A stretch of 64,000 bases of DNA from Eledone cirrhosa (GCA_964016885.1 OZ024749.1:24800001-24864000), one strand, 5' to 3'. Positions 32,102 to 47,451 are shown, counted from the first letter of the stretch. Program-made: numbers and translations. Notes: generated by a model from the sequence alone, not told the origin.

Positions 32102-32217
32102 AATATTATTATATATATATATATATATATAATAAAATATTTTTTTCTACTTTTGGCACCAGATATATATATATATATATATGTGTGTGTATATAAATAT
32201 ACATTACATATATGCAC

Positions 32218-32248
<31 letters not shown>

Positions 32249-32634
32249 TATAATCCAAACAGTCTGTGCTTGTTTGAATGATTTCGTGAGTTCGCAATAA
32301 CTGGAAGACTTACAACTGTGAACGAATAGAAATATGCAGAGTGTAAATAAATATATTTTACTGCACTGTTAAGTCATCTTTAGAGATTGTTTCGGCTATT
32401 AATATTAAAGTAAACACAACAATATGCAATATGTTATATAATTAGTGAATAGACATTCGCTGAAAATCAATAATGCGGATAAGAATTTGTATATTCATAG
32501 TCATGACTTGTAAACATATGTCAGCAGAAAGACATACTAAACCCATATTATGCGCGTACTAACCCACACGGATACATATACGAATGTCCGTGCACGAGAA
32601 AGTGTATGCTTCGTAAAATATATATATTTATATG

Positions 32635-32858
<224 letters not shown>

Positions 32859-32859
32859 A

Positions 32860-32950
<91 letters not shown>

Positions 32951-33548
32951 TGTTATACTTCGGGAGGGTCATGTTGCCAATAAGAAACACACGCACCATT
33001 GCTTTCAGTTCAATTTATTATAATAAATGTATAAATTTAGGAATTTATAAATTTCTGGTTGGTTGGTTGGTTCCACAACCAGATAGTTGTTTATATATTG
33101 TCAATGTTCTTTCGTCACACATTCTGTGACCTCTTCAGTGACTGGGGATTATTTTCTTTGTTTTTGTGCATCTCCTTTGTTCTGTACTACGCCATTTTGT
33201 TTCTGTATGTGTGTTGTGTGCTCAGTCTGCGCATGCGCCACATCCGGGTGTCTGTGTGTGTTTATATTTGTTTATTTATTTGTTTATTTACATGTTACCG
33301 GTTGGTTGTTTGTTCTATGTGTGTTTGTGTTTTCATTTTGTCCTTAATTGTAAGTTGTGATGTTGCTGTTCCACTCATATTTTCTATTTAATTTTGGTTG
33401 TAATTCTTTTATGTTTATTGCCTCTGTGATTTGTCTAAACATTGCGTCTTTCTGTGTGTAGATTCTATTTTTATTTCTATGTTCTCTAATTTACCCTTAT
33501 GTTCTATTTTAGTATGTTCTATTTTAGCATGTTCTATTTTAGCATGTT

Positions 33549-35514
33549 GATCATACGCCCCATCATTGAAATGTCCCCAGATGTATGTGACAGCACGGAG
33601 GACCTCCTCAGCAGAATCGGCGAGAGTAACCGATCTAGGGACCTAACAAACTGCATAATAGGTAGTATGGATATTGTGTCCCTGTATCCATCTATTGACG
33701 TAGATTTTGCTGTGGAGAAATGCGTAGAAATGATCAGTGGGAGCAATGTTGAGTTCCGTGGGATTGATACCAGTGAGCTGGGACTCCTACTTAAACTTAC
33801 CTATAGTAATAATTACCTAGACACATATGACCTTAGCAAGCTGTGCCGCCCTACAAGACCAGCAAGAGGCAGACCACCTACCATTACCTCAATGGCCAAG
33901 AAAACCCACACAGATAGATGGAACGAGTGGACCAGAGCCATACGGACACCCGAAAACCACGATGAACAGAAGAAAATAATTGCACATGCGGTAGGTGCCA
34001 GCATAAAACTAACCCTTAAGGAACATATGTTCAAATTTAATGGAAAAACATATGCCCAAGAGGAAGGAGCAGCCATTGGTGTTAGCATTGCAGGCGACAT
34101 AGCTAACTTATTCATGGTATGGTGGGGCAGTAGACTTAAACTTAAACTTAAAGAACAATTAGAAGACCCCTTAAACCTGATAATGTACTCCCGCTACGTT
34201 GACGATATAAACATCGTAGTTAAGACACCCCCACTAGAGAACAGTCAGGAACTAGAGAAAAACACAATGGAAAGCATCCAGCAAATAGCTAACTCCATCT
34301 ACCAGTGTATTAGAGTTACTATAGACTACGCAAGTAAACACCCCAACCATCGGTTACCTGTACTAGACACAGAGCTCTGGTTAGATACCATTAATAACAA
34401 AAAACAAGGGCAGTGGATTGGCAGTATCGGTAGAGAGTCGGACGCCATGTTTTCCAGCATAGTTACGTCCCTTTACGGTCTGAGTTCAAATCCCGTCGAG
34501 GTTAACTTTGCCTTTCATCCTTACGGGATCGATAAAATAAAGTACCAGTAATGTACTGGGTAATTGCTGGCCTTGTGCCTAAAGTAGAAACAATTAATAA
34601 CAAAAAACAAATCCTCCATTCCCATTATGCCAAACCCATGACTTCCAAACATCTGATCCACCGAAACTAGGCTGTTTCGGACCATACCAAAATCAACATA
34701 CTGATTGCGGATTTGGTTCGGGTGATGAGAAACGTGTCCCGCATGTGCAACCCCGAAGAACTAGAGAGACACATACAACACTTCATCCACCGTATGCAGT
34801 TCTCTGGTTACAATCAGAGAGATAGAATCAGAGTGTATAGAGGAGCCAAACCAAATGGGAAAAAATTTTAAATAATGACACAAATGGGACCTGCCCCTTG
34901 TATAGGAGCAAATTTTGGAATAGAATAGAAAGAACTAGGAATAAGGCTAATAGAATAAACTCATGGTATGATAGCAATAAATACCAGAGTGTAATGTTCA
35001 TCGATAAAACCCCTAGAGGTGAATTAGCTTACAAATTTATAAGGGCCCTAGATAAACATAAACTCAATATTAAGATAGTAGAAAGACAAGGTACCTCCGT
35101 AAAAACACTTATTAGCAAGACATACCCTTTCCAAAGACGCCCTGTATAGATAAGAAATGTATAACCTGTAAAATAAACCCCCATATTAACTGTAAAACTA
35201 GAAATGTAGTGTATAGCATAAGATGTACTGAAGGACAATGTAGAGACAAAAATATAGTGTACATAGGTGAGACAGCTCGAACGGATAAATGAACACTGGC
35301 GAGACCTTAAAGATAGTAAATAATCATCTGTACTCTACCAACATGCTAAAATAGAACATAAGGGTAAATTAGAGGACATAGAAATAAAAATAGAATCTAC
35401 ACACAGAAAAGACGCAATGTTTAGACAAATCACATAGGCAATAAACATAAAAGAATTACAACCAAAATTAAATAGAAAATATGAGTGGAACAGCAACTTC
35501 ACAACTTACAATTA
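33549..35514 (+). pseudogene. PLE B RT + GIY-YIG, interrupted by a SINE and stop codons
   Basis: GSMDIVSLYPSI, QEEGAAIG, YSRYVDD, LPVLD; C-terminal CITC..CKTRNVVYSIRC..C..VYIGETART, EH, LNRKYEW (35140-35514). Confidence 0.88.
34408..34592 (+). mobile_element. tRNA-derived SINE inserted in PLE B, with an 18 bp target-site duplication
   Basis: attaataacaaaaaacaa at 34390-34407 and 34593-34610. Confidence 0.93.
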
Positions 35515-35716
35515 AGGACAAAATGAAAAGACACACACACATAGAACAAATAACCAACCGGTAACATGTAAATAAACAAATAAATAAACAAATATAAACA
35601 CACACAGACACCCGGATGTGGCGCATGCGCAGACTGAGCACACAACACACACACAGAAACAAAATGGCGTAGTACAGAACAAAGGAGAGGCACAAAAACA
35701 AAGAAAAGAATCCCCA

Positions 35717-35759
35717 GTCACTGAAGAGGTCACATAATGTGTGACGAAAGAACTTTGAC
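35717..35759 (+). ncRNA. Hammerhead motif in the PLE B pseudo-LTR (mirror copy at 33100-33142, minus)
   Basis: gtca CTGAAGA g gtcaca taatg tgtgac GAAA g aa CTT tgac. Confidence 0.7.
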
Positions 35760-35963
35760 AATATATAAACAACTATCTGGTTGTGGAACCAACCAACCAG
35801 AAATTTATAAATTCCTAAATTTATAAATTTATTATAATAAATTGAAGTGAAAACAACTGGTGCGTGTGTTTCTTATTGGCAACATGACCCTCCCAAAGTA
35901 TAACAATATCGGTTTCAACACACGATTTCAGATAAAGAATCTTGCTAAACAAATTCAGAAACG

Positions 35964-36076
<113 letters not shown>

Positions 36077-36127
36077 TATTAAGAGAGTAAAACAAAGAAG
36101 CCTTCAATACATCAAAAGACTTTATTA

Positions 36128-36165
36128 GCCGACAATGTTTCGTCCTATTAAGGACTCATCAGGGC
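36128..36165 (-). ncRNA. Canonical minimal type I hammerhead (identical copy at 41062-41099)
   Basis: Reverse complement: gcc CTGATGA gtcct taat aggac GAAA c att GTC ggc taataaa. Confidence 0.9.
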
Positions 36166-37944
36166 AATTAAAACAACAAGAAGTAATATCGGCAGATACA
36201 AGCCGGAATCTCCGAAGAATATGGAGTGTACATAAACTGAAGTATTACAAAAATATATAATAAAAATATATGATAATAATTACTAAGGATGTATATAACA
36301 TTAAGAACCATATTACAAATATAGTCCAAAGCAAAAACTAGAGCTAAATAAAGGTGGTTATATAGAGCAGGAATTTTATATAATACAATATAACATACAA
36401 TAATATACCTTTAGCAGCATTAAAATCAAAAATTACAATAATAATCAAAAGATACAATATGCATATGTATATATGTGCGCACACGTACACACACATACAC
36501 ATACAACAATACGCACATCCATCTTCCACTGCACAAATTAAACCTTATTAAGAATTTGAATATAAAAATAAGCATGGTAGGAATGAAAATAATAATAATA
36601 ATAATACTAATACATCTACCCAATATACATGAGGTTATAATATGATATAATTATAAGTAACACATATAATAATAAATAATACAATTATATACTATATAAT
36701 ACAATATAATAGAATAGAATAGATAATCTCCGGTTAATTTCCACAAACAATATAGATGTCACAATAATAATATAATAATAATAACATTTAGAATATACAA
36801 TATACTAATATTTATCAATATACTCAAGTTAACAAATCGGTTCATATTGGGTTACAGAGTAGGTGAGGAAAAATAAATTGTACAATACCTAAAAAAACTT
36901 ACAGAAGTAGAAACATCTTACATGATATATAAAGTTTAACATATCATAATGTTACATATAATTAACGGTAAGTAATAAGGATCAATATTACAATAAAAAA
37001 TACAATATAATATATTATATAAAATAAATTAATACAATATAATATATAATTACTTATAATTACAAGGTTGGTAGACAGACATGTATATGGATGAGTGAGT
37101 GAGTGCCAGACAGTGAAAATAATGCACAGTAGTATTACAATATAGAAAAAAATAAATAAATAGATAGAATCAACCGGAAATTTAAAAAAACAAAAACAAA
37201 CGTATACATTTAGGTCTCCCATGCAGTTAAGTAGTTAAGTAAAAGCTAAGGAAAACAACCCCTGTAAATGACTCGAAAACCCTATTTGATAAATTAATAT
37301 TAAAAATATTTAAACTATCTAATAAGGCAGTATAATATTGGCTATAATTTAAGTCATTAAAGTTTATAAACGTTAATATTTCGTTCCAAATGTTTACAAA
37401 AAGGAATGAAAATTTATTATTATCATATACATAACGATATCGAAAGAACTGACTTAAGCAGAATTAAGGTAGGCTAATAGGGACAGAAAAGAAGAAATGT
37501 ATGGAGGATGCAAAGGGGCATAAAATATAGTCGATATACTATATTACATAATAGAAAGGAGTGTAAAAGAGGGGGGGGTTAAATATAATATAATCATAGT
37601 CAATTTGGAGGGGTTGACAATAAGTTTATGTGCGCATGGGGGGGAGAAAGGGGGGTCCAAAGAAGAATCCGAATAAAGATAAAAATAAAAAAAAATAAAT
37701 AAATAAATAAGAATAAGAATAAGAGTAAAATAAAATAAGTAGCGTAAAATATATAATCTTATATACATTCATAAGGTGTAACAGTGAAAATTTAATGCGT
37801 AAGAAGATAGATGTGGTACAGTAGCCAAAAGATTATGAGATCTAGAATGAAGAGTCATCAAAAACCAATTATAACAATGATGATAATAATAATGCTGGCA
37901 AACAAAAGGACCTAAACTAAAAACTAAGTAATGGAATATATCAC

Positions 37945-40836
37945 CTAATGGGTACAATTTGTACTACTAGAACGTTTAGGTTTATAATAAAAGTATGAAT
38001 TAGAAATAGCATGGGGGCAAGAAGAGAATATCTCAGACTTTCTATTAAGTAAAGATGCGCTAGAGAAGATTATAGAGTGTGTCTCGAGGATACAGAGATT
38101 ACAAAACTTAGTATGTGTAGAAAGGTGGTTAGAGCGTTCTACTAAACGCCAGTTAAGGCTATATGGTATATTAGCTATCTTAAGATCCTAGACATAATGT
38201 GCTAAAGAAGTATAATTCTTATATTTAACATGCTTGAAATTAGAGATATGAGAGTTAAACCTAGTCTTAAAAGTGTTAGATGTAGAGCCTATATAAGTTC
38301 TATTAGAGGAATTAGTTATAACTTCACAAGCATAGGAAATGTTCTTAGAAAGGCAGTTACCGTTTAAAGGGCAATTAGCACTCACTCTACAATTGCACTT
38401 CCGGGTGTTATTGGTTGACTCAAGTGGTGATGCACTACACGTAAGATTGCTGTTAGATAAGGACTGTTCTGGTGGTAATGCATTGCCAGATCTGTTCAGA
38501 CTAGTAGTATATAGAGAGGAGAATCCATCCCTAATTTTCCTATTATTAGTGCTAGCTAAATGAGAACTAATATTAGGGGTGGTAGAGAATGAAAGTTGAA
38601 TAACATTTTTATTAAAAATAATATGGTATTTATGAGAAGGGGGGAAATTATTCTCTAAGATAGAGAAGAAAGACCTAGGGATATTAGTTGATACTTCCTG
38701 ATTATATGGCGGGTTAAAATAAGTGTTTAATCGCCTTCTATTTTTATTCTTACCGACTCTACCATTATCGAGTATCCCACCATCGAGACTAGGGTTACTA
38801 CAAGGATTACTTAAAGCCGCATTCATAGAATCAGCAAAAATGTCATTAAGTCTATTACAGTTTCTACCTCCAGTAGATCTGCTGCTGTCCGGAATCCCAA
38901 CATAAGGATCAGGGCCAATGATAGGATCAGTAGGAGCAACATTATCAGAATAAGATCCAGCTAAATTATCACCAATGTGTGAGCGCTCAGGGGGTTCAAC
39001 TTGTTTCCTAGAGGTATTATATTCGCTATTACGGGTTCGGTGGGTTAACTTATGGGTGGGTTCAGAAACACCTATGTAATTTCTACGGTTACTATGTTTG
39101 CTACTCACATTCATGGCCATGTTATGTGATATTATACTATTATTATTAAAGGTAAGGGCGGTGGATTGGCAGTATCGGTAGAGGGTCGGACGCCATGCTT
39201 TGACGCATAGAGTTACGGCCCTTGCTATTCTGAGTTTAAATCCCGCCGAGGTTAACTTTGCCTTTCATCCTCATGGGGTCGATAAAATAAAGAACCAGTA
39301 ATGCACTGAGTAATTGCTGGCCTTGTGCCAAAAGTAGAAACAATTATTATTAAAGGTAGACGGAGACTTTCTAAGGTTACTATTATTATAATGTATTTTA
39401 CTAGAGTAACCTGAATTTGCTAGGGCATTATTATAGTACTCCGCATGTTCAGTAAATGTTCCTATGTCCTTAGAGAGTGTAGAAATCCTATTAGATACAC
39501 CCTCCTTATAGAGCTTATCATAGACTTGGGGTGGTTAGAATTGGGACTAACATAAGAAAGTATTTCATTAGGCTTATGGAAGGGTTTAAAACTATTAGTG
39601 GCCAAGTTCAAAGTCACATCTAAAACGTTAACCGCTCTATCATTTCTATCTATCGTGATCGAAAGGTTATAGCTTTTAAAAAACTTATAAAGCTTCTTCT
39701 TATTATGTTCTACATTGTTGGTGCTAGAGTTAATTACAAACAATGCATCATCACGATATAGTCCGCCTATAAGGTGCGGGAAGGTAGCATATAGTTCATT
39801 AAGGAGGAACAACCCAACAAGATCAGTAACCTGGGCCGAATCACTCGAACCCATTGTAACGTCGAAATTGTTGGGCGTGTTTTTACGGGTCCAAAATGTG
39901 TCCTCAAATTTAATAATAGTTTTACGGGCTGCTAGTATAATGTCTACCTGTGATCGTGTAAGGCTGGACACACTCATGGCCAACATTAAAGCTTTATTGA
40001 GGAGGACGGGTGAAATTGATGTGTAGTAGGCATCAATATCGAATTGGATAAACTTATTAGATTCAAGTCTATTAATCCCGGAGAACCAATCTATAACTTC
40101 CTTAGTGTTCCCCCATAGGTTAAAATTAACCTTATCCCTAACATCTGGTATAATAAGGTCAAGGATTGTTTTACTGATAGTGGCTATATCAGACCTAGAA
40201 GGACAGAGGAGTCTAACTGAGGGGTTACTAATAAAATCAACCTTGTGATCCTTAAGAGTGAATCTCGGTTCTCGAGGGTAATATGGCTGGGTATACTTAT
40301 CGAGGCCGAGGTCAGAGACAAATCTAAGGCCATCACTATTGATGTGGTTCAAATTCTCAAGTGTAGTTTTTTTTATAGTTTCTATGCAGCTCCTTATAAA
40401 TAAAGTCGCGGTAAGCACTATAATCCATGGAGTATAGATTTTTAGTCTTATCCGCCGGGACAAGAATGGACTTATTCTCACCGAAACCCTTAACAATATT
40501 TTAAAGTCTAGACTGGAACTTATCAAAATTATTATAATTTCTATGTCTATTATTTGGCCTATACCTAATATTTTTGACAAGTGAGAGTAAGTCACTTTCA
40601 AAACTATCTAACAGAATATTGTGTGGTGGGCTCTTATAAGTTTTGAAGCCATAGTTATTAAAAATAGTTCTATTCCTGGAGTCCTTCCTATCCTTATTAT
40701 TATCATAGTGCAAAGCACGCCATCTAATCCTTTTTACAAAGGAGTTAACACTAGCTAGCAATAGTTTTTCGTAAGTATTCTTAGAGGGGGTGGGAATATT
40801 CTTCAGAGATAAAGGCAGGTAACTCTTTGTTAGCAT
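37945..40836 (-). pseudogene. PLE C RT + GIY-YIG ORF, frameshifted and SINE-interrupted
   Basis: MLTKSYLPLSLKNIP, RIRWRA, FIQFDIDAYYTSI, TMGSSDSAQ, LYRDD, CNC...CPLNGNCL, SY..YIGST, FKTRFNSH, LNRKSE..C.H. Confidence 0.9.
39155..39342 (+). mobile_element. tRNA-derived SINE inserted in PLE C, with a 16 bp target-site duplication
   Basis: attattattaaaggta at 39139-39154 and 39343-39358. Confidence 0.93.
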
Positions 40837-41564
40837 ACTGTCAGATATATATATATAAAGGCCAAAATACCAGTATATATGAGGAAGCTCAACCGATCGG
40901 GAGCAGTGACAAGGGTTAAAATACTGGAGTGTGTTGGAGTTAAACACCCTCTTCGTATTATAGAAATGACAGTAAAAGGTATAGCTCAATGTAGTTAAAC
41001 AGAGTCGAACAATTAAGAGAGTAAAACAAAGTAGCCTTCAATACATCAAAAGTCTTTATTAGCCGACAATGTTTCGTCCTATTAAGGACTCATCAGGGCA
41101 ATTAAAACAACAAGAAGTAATATCGGCAGATACAAGCCGGAATCTCCGAAGAATATGGAGTGTACATAAACTGAAGTATTACAAAAATACATAATAAAAA
41201 TATATGATAATAATTACTAAGGATGTATATAACATTAAGAACCATATTACAAATATAGTCCAAAGCAAAAACTAGAGCTAAACAAAGGTGGTTATATAGA
41301 GCAGGAATTTTATATAATACAATATAACATACAATAATATACCTTTACCAACATTAAAATCAAAAATTACAATAAAAATCAAAAGATACAATATGCATAT
41401 GTATATATGTGCGCACACGTACACACACATAGACATACAACAATACGCACATCCATCTTCCACTGCACAAATTAAACCTTATTAAGAATTTGAATATAAA
41501 AATAAGCATGGTAGGAATAAAAATAATAATAATGAATATAATAATGAATATAATATAATAATAA

Positions 41565-41651
<87 letters not shown>

Positions 41652-41687
41652 TTATATATATGTATATATTCTAAATATATATATATT

Positions 41688-41806
<119 letters not shown>

Positions 41807-42569
41807 AGATTTGAATGGATACAGTTTAGTTGAAAGGAATTTATTGACACGTGTTTCTATAACAGTTACATAACCTAAAACAGCTATCTACAAACTTTTA
41901 GTTATGCAGACATTCAATATTTCAATGTTATTATTTACTGTCATTTCATCAGAATAATATTACTGAGGACCTATTTAGTTTTTATAGAGAATATTAGGAG
42001 GGAGGGGTGAAGTTGTTAGAAGAATAGTTGAAGGAGTGGTTTTTCGATAGCAGTGAGAATTCTTGGTGGCAGTGAGTAATTAGATTCCCATCTGTTGTTT
42101 TGACATTTTTTATGGAATATATTATTGGTTATTTTTCTAAATCTATAGAAGGATTAGAGATAGTAAAGATATGCGTGGTTGGTTTTGTGTTTGCACTTAA
42201 CATTCAGACTTAAATTTTTCTTTCAAGTGTACTTATTCTTTCACCCACGCATTCACACACAAATATATTTGCACACCTCTACAAGATACATATACTCACA
42301 ATTCACATATTCATACTTACATATATATACACATGCATACACATATATATACACACATGTATTCATGTACATACATACGCGCTCATGTGTATACATTTTC
42401 ATACTCAACTTATCTTTATATTTACACACGTATAGACACACACATATATACATACATACTCTAGTCCATGTGTACACACATACGCATACATACACATCCA
42501 CATACACATACATACATACACATATATATATATATATATACATACACACATATATATATATACATACAC

Positions 42570-42620
<51 letters not shown>

Positions 42621-43548
42621 CCCACACACACACATATACACATACACACATATATATATATATATATAAGCACTTTAATACATGAATACACTTACATCTA
42701 ACTATACACATCAAACATATATATATTTACTTATTTATATACATTTTCACATATATATACATACTTATGGACGTTTTTAGACACATTCATTATCGCATAT
42801 TTGTACCTATTTTCATCAGCATATCTTTTCATTATTAGTATGGTAATTTAAGGTTATTAATATATGTTGAGAAGAGATTGTTTTTATATTTTTCTAACTA
42901 GATTAAGGTTTATATAGTTGGGGGATGTCCCTCTTTTATGTAATATTCGGCTTGTAGTGGGAAAAAAGGGTTTTAGTTCTGTGACGGCAGAATAATGTTC
43001 GTTCAATTCTGTTATTCAGCAGTTTCTTCTTGTGTGTGATTATGTAATAAATCTCAAGATTACACAATTTGCAGAAATTTTGGCTCCTGGAAAAGCTTTG
43101 GGTTTTAGCTAATTTTTCCCATTTTAGGGTAAACTTTTGATTGCTATCCCTGAGCGTCCAAGCTTTTTCTGCTAAAGTTGTTACATTTCTTTGGCTCTGG
43201 TGTTTTATTGAGTAAGAATGCCTATACAATCGAGATTTAAACGATGTTGCCGTTGATCCCACGTAATACCACTCGTTGCCTCCGGATTTAATGGTACACT
43301 TATAAATAATATTTTTTTCCAGGCAGTTATTGCCGAGGGGGCAGTTGTCAGGATAGGTGCAGTTACAGTTGTGTACGTTGGGTTTTCTCTGGAGTAGTAT
43401 TGCGGACGAACTTAGGTGTGGTTTATTTATGTTCTGTAGTGTATTGTCTACTGTTTTTTTGGGGTTCTTTGTACTTAAGTTCTTAGTGTTTTCGTTTAAC
43501 CTTCTAGTATTGATCTTTTTTTATGTGTTGTTCAAGGTTTAACGCTGT

Positions 43549-45748
43549 CCACTATGATAGAAGCCGTATGAACTCAACATTAGAAAGTGGTGTAAACAAC
43601 AAATTCGGTTTTAGGACTTGTAAAAACCCACCCACCAACCCACTATTAGATGCATTTGAGCAGGACCTTATGAACTTAATCCTTAAAATTAAATTCAAAG
43701 GACGCAACACCAACAGCAAATTACAGAAAGATATAAAAAAACTACTGGACGACCTTAAAAACACCAAAGGAATTGTAGTAAAAGCGGACAAAACATCAAA
43801 CCTGTACACTATGGATTGCACTACATACAACAACTTCATTCGAAAAGAATTACATAAAAAATATAGAAAAACGAGTGAAGTAACCCTTAAGCACATCAAT
43901 GATGAGGCATGCGAAATAGTGAAAAATCTCGGAATCGAAGATAGGACAGGACCACTCTTACCGGCGGTACCCACCTTCAATCTTAAGGACCACAAGGTAA
44001 ACTTTGATAATGATCCTAAAATAAGATTAATCTGCCCCTCTAAATCAGATATAGGTAAAATAAGCAAATATATCTTAGATAGAATCATCCCCCAAATTAA
44101 GGCTAAGGTTAACATTAAACTCTGGGGGAGGACCCAAGAAGCAATAAGATGGTTTAATAGCATTAGCAATAAGAATAAATCTAAGTTTATCCAGTTTGAT
44201 ATCGATGAATATTACTCATCGATATCACCTGAAACTTTGAATAGAGCCATTAAGTTTGCTAAGGATAACTCTGACCTTACAAACGATGAAATTAAGATTA
44301 TATTAGAAGCTAGGAAAACTATAGTCAAATTTGAGAACAGTTATTGGGTACGTAAAGATAGACCCTCTAACTTTGACATAACAATGGGCTCTAACGATTC
44401 GGCGGAAATAACTGATATTGTGGGGTTATTTATCGCCTTTAGACTCCAGGAAAAATTCAGCAATCTCCACGGCGGAATATACCGCGACGATGTTCTCCTC
44501 CTAGCTAAAAACCTTAATAACCAAAAACTAGAAAAACTACGCAAAGATATAAGAAAACTACTACTCGAAATAGGACTAACTATAACATATGAATACAACC
44601 TTAAAGTAGTTAACTTCCTGGATGTCACACTCAATTTAAACTCTGGTTTGATTAAACCGTTTCATAAATTGAATGAAAATCTCAAATACGTAAATGTTGG
44701 GTCTAACCACCCCATCTCTATAATTAAATCTATCCCTAAAAATATTTCCCTTAGAATCTCGGGTCTATCTTCTAACATACAAGTATTTAAGGAACACGCC
44801 GAGTACTACGATAACGCCCTTAGTAAAGCAGGCTACCTCAACAAAATAGAGTACATAGATGGGAACAATCAAAACACCCAAAATAAATCCCACATAGGTA
44901 GATATAATAACACAACACCAAACCACACTTACTACCATAGTATGCACACCAGTAAACCAACAAACAAAACTAATAGAAAGCGATGCAAAGAGTACTTATG
45001 GTATAACCCCGAATACAATAGCTCCATTAGTACAAATTTACCAGTACTCTTCTTTAAAATAATTAAAAGACATTTTCCCACATCACACAAATACCACAAA
45101 ATCCTAAACCCTACCACTATAAGACTGTCATACTCTACAGCGTTAAACCTTGAACAACACATAAAAAAGATCAATACTAGAAGGTTAAACGAAAACACTA
45201 AGAACTTAAGTACAAAGAACCCCAAAAAAACAGTAGACAATACACTACAGAACATAAATAAACCACACCTAAGTTCGTCCGCAATACTACTCCAGAGAAA
45301 ACCCAACGTACACAACTGTAACTGCACCTATCCTGACAACTGCCCCCTCGGCAATAACTGCCTGGAAAAAAATATTATTTATAAGTGTACCATTAAATCC
45401 GGAGGCAACGAGTGGTATTACGTGGGATCAACGGCAACATCGTTTAAATCTCGATTGTATAGGCATTCTTACTCAATAAAACACCAGAGCCAAAGAAATG
45501 TAACAACTTTAGCAGAAAAAGCTTGGACGCTCAGGGATAGCAATCAAAAGTTTACCCTAAAATGGGAAAAATTAGCTAAAACCCAAAGCTTTTCCAGGAG
45601 CCAAAATTTCTGCAAATTGTGTAATCTTGAGATTTATTACATAATCACACACAAGAAGAAACTGCTGAATAACAGAATTGAACGAACATTATTCTGCCGT
45701 CACAGAACTAAAACCCTTTTTTCCCACTACAAGCCGAATATTACATAA
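43549..45748 (+). CDS. PLE D RT + GIY-YIG, uninterrupted ~730 aa, missing only the N-terminus
   Basis: KADKT, FIQFDIDEYYSSI, TMGSNDSAE, IYRDD, NFLDV, CNC..CPLGNNCL, IIY..YVGST, FKSRLYRH, CKLCNLE. The first 9 codons of the tracked ORF come from the inverted arm. Confidence 0.93.
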
Positions 45749-46063
45749 AAGAGGGACATCCCCCAACTATATAAACCTTAATCTAGTTAGAAAAATATAA
45801 AAACAATCTCTTCTCAACATATATTAATAACCTTAAATTACCATACTAATAATGAAAAGATATGCTGATGAAAATAGGTACAAATATGCGATAATGAATG
45901 TGTCTAAAAACGTCCATAAGTATGTATATATATGTGAAAATGTATATAAATAAGTAAATATATATATATGTTTGATGTGTATAGTTAGATGTAAGTGTAT
46001 TCATGTATTAAAGTGCTTATATATATATATATATGTGTGTATGTGTATATGTGTGTGTGTGGG

Positions 46064-46116
<53 letters not shown>

Positions 46117-46728
46117 GTGTATGTATATATATATATGTGTGTATGTATATATATATATATATATGTGTATGTATGTATGTGTATGTGGATGTGTATGTAT
46201 GCGTATGTGTGTACACATGGACTAGAGTATGTATGTATATATGTGTGTGTCTATACGTGTGTAAATATAAAGATAAGTTGAGTATGAAAATGTATACACA
46301 TGAGCGCGTATGTATGTACATGAATACATGTGTGTATATATATGTGTATGCATGTGTATATATATGTAAGTATGAATATGTGAATTGTGAGTATATGTAT
46401 CTTGTAGAGGTGTGCAAATATATTTGTGTGTGAATGCGTGGGTGAAAGAATAAGTACACTTGAAAGAAAAATTTAAGTCTGAATGTTAAGTGCAAACACA
46501 AAACCAACCACGCATATCTTTACTATCTCTAATCCTTCTATAGATTTAGAAAAATAACCAATAATATATTCCATAAAAAATGTCAAAACAACAGATGGGA
46601 ATCTAATTACTCACTGCCACCAAGAATTCTCACTGCTATCGAAAAACCACTCCTTCAACTATTCTTCTAACAACTTCACCCCTCCCTCCTAATATTCTCT
46701 ATAAAAACTAAATAGGTCCTCAGTAATA

Positions 46729-46845
46729 TTATTCTGATGAAATGACAGTAAATAATAACATTGAAATATTGAATGTCTGCATAACTAAAAGTTTGTAGAT
46801 AGCTGTTTTAGGTTATGTAACTGTTATAGAAACACGTGTCAATAA
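46729..46845 (+). ncRNA. Hammerhead with a branched, extended stem II in the PLE D pseudo-LTR (mirror copy at 41841-41957, minus)
   Basis: ttatt CTGATGA a atgacagt [two hairpins] actgttat a GAAA c acgt GTC aataa(a). Confidence 0.8.
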
Positions 46846-46995
46846 ATTCCTTTCAACTAAACTGTATCCATTCAAATCTTTCTATTTTTCTCCGGATTAC
46901 TTTTGGAACTACAACTGGAACCGTCGAGCAAACTCTACGTGAGCTGATAATCTACTGTGTGTAATATTTATATTACAACACAACGGAAAATACTG

Positions 46996-47044
<49 letters not shown>

Positions 47045-47049
47045 ATATT

Positions 47050-47084
<35 letters not shown>

Positions 47085-47090
47085 ATATAT

Positions 47091-47295
47091 GCAAAAGTTC
47101 TATTTAAAATTGTTGGGATACAACAAGTAAATATTTTATAACTGAAATAAAGCACTTGACAAGTTTTTGGAGTAGATATTCGATATTAAATAAATGGAAA
47201 CTATATTTATAAAACCATATTTATTTCATTATACATATTTCAGGGATACCAAATTAAAATATGGTATGTCTTCATCAGACAAAATACAATATATA
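47091..47295 (-). repeat. pLTR-like repeat with a hammerhead-like motif; related copies at 49845-50058 (+) and 61255-61380
   Basis: taaatggaaactatatttataaaaccatatttattt matches the reverse complement of 49920-49956; CTGATGA..GAAAtat at 47229-47282(-) and 49879-49917(+). Confidence 0.65.
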
Positions 47296-47451
47296 AACAG
47301 TTTTATAAATAATTTTGACGTACTCTATTAGATGCAACCATTATTTTTGGAAGCTGTCTGGATAGTGAGATGTTTATAATTATTTTATTAGTTATAGTGT
47401 TAAGCACAGTTAGAAAAAGACGGAGAGAAAGAAAATATATATTTATATATA

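Larger units (their letters stand above)
36078..41533 (-). mobile_element. Penelope-like element C, full-length, with direct pseudo-LTRs (~36078-36604 and ~41012-41533) and a ~1.9 kb 3' region
   Basis: attaagagagtaaaacaaag...gcatggtaggaat is repeated; minus-strand RT-GIY-YIG lies between the copies. Confidence 0.92.

Noticed and set aside
46731-46774. Short hammerhead fold using the internal GAAA at 46763
   Set aside because: Poor stem I and triplet; the longer fold ending at GTC 46840 pairs better. Kept only as a possible alternative conformation
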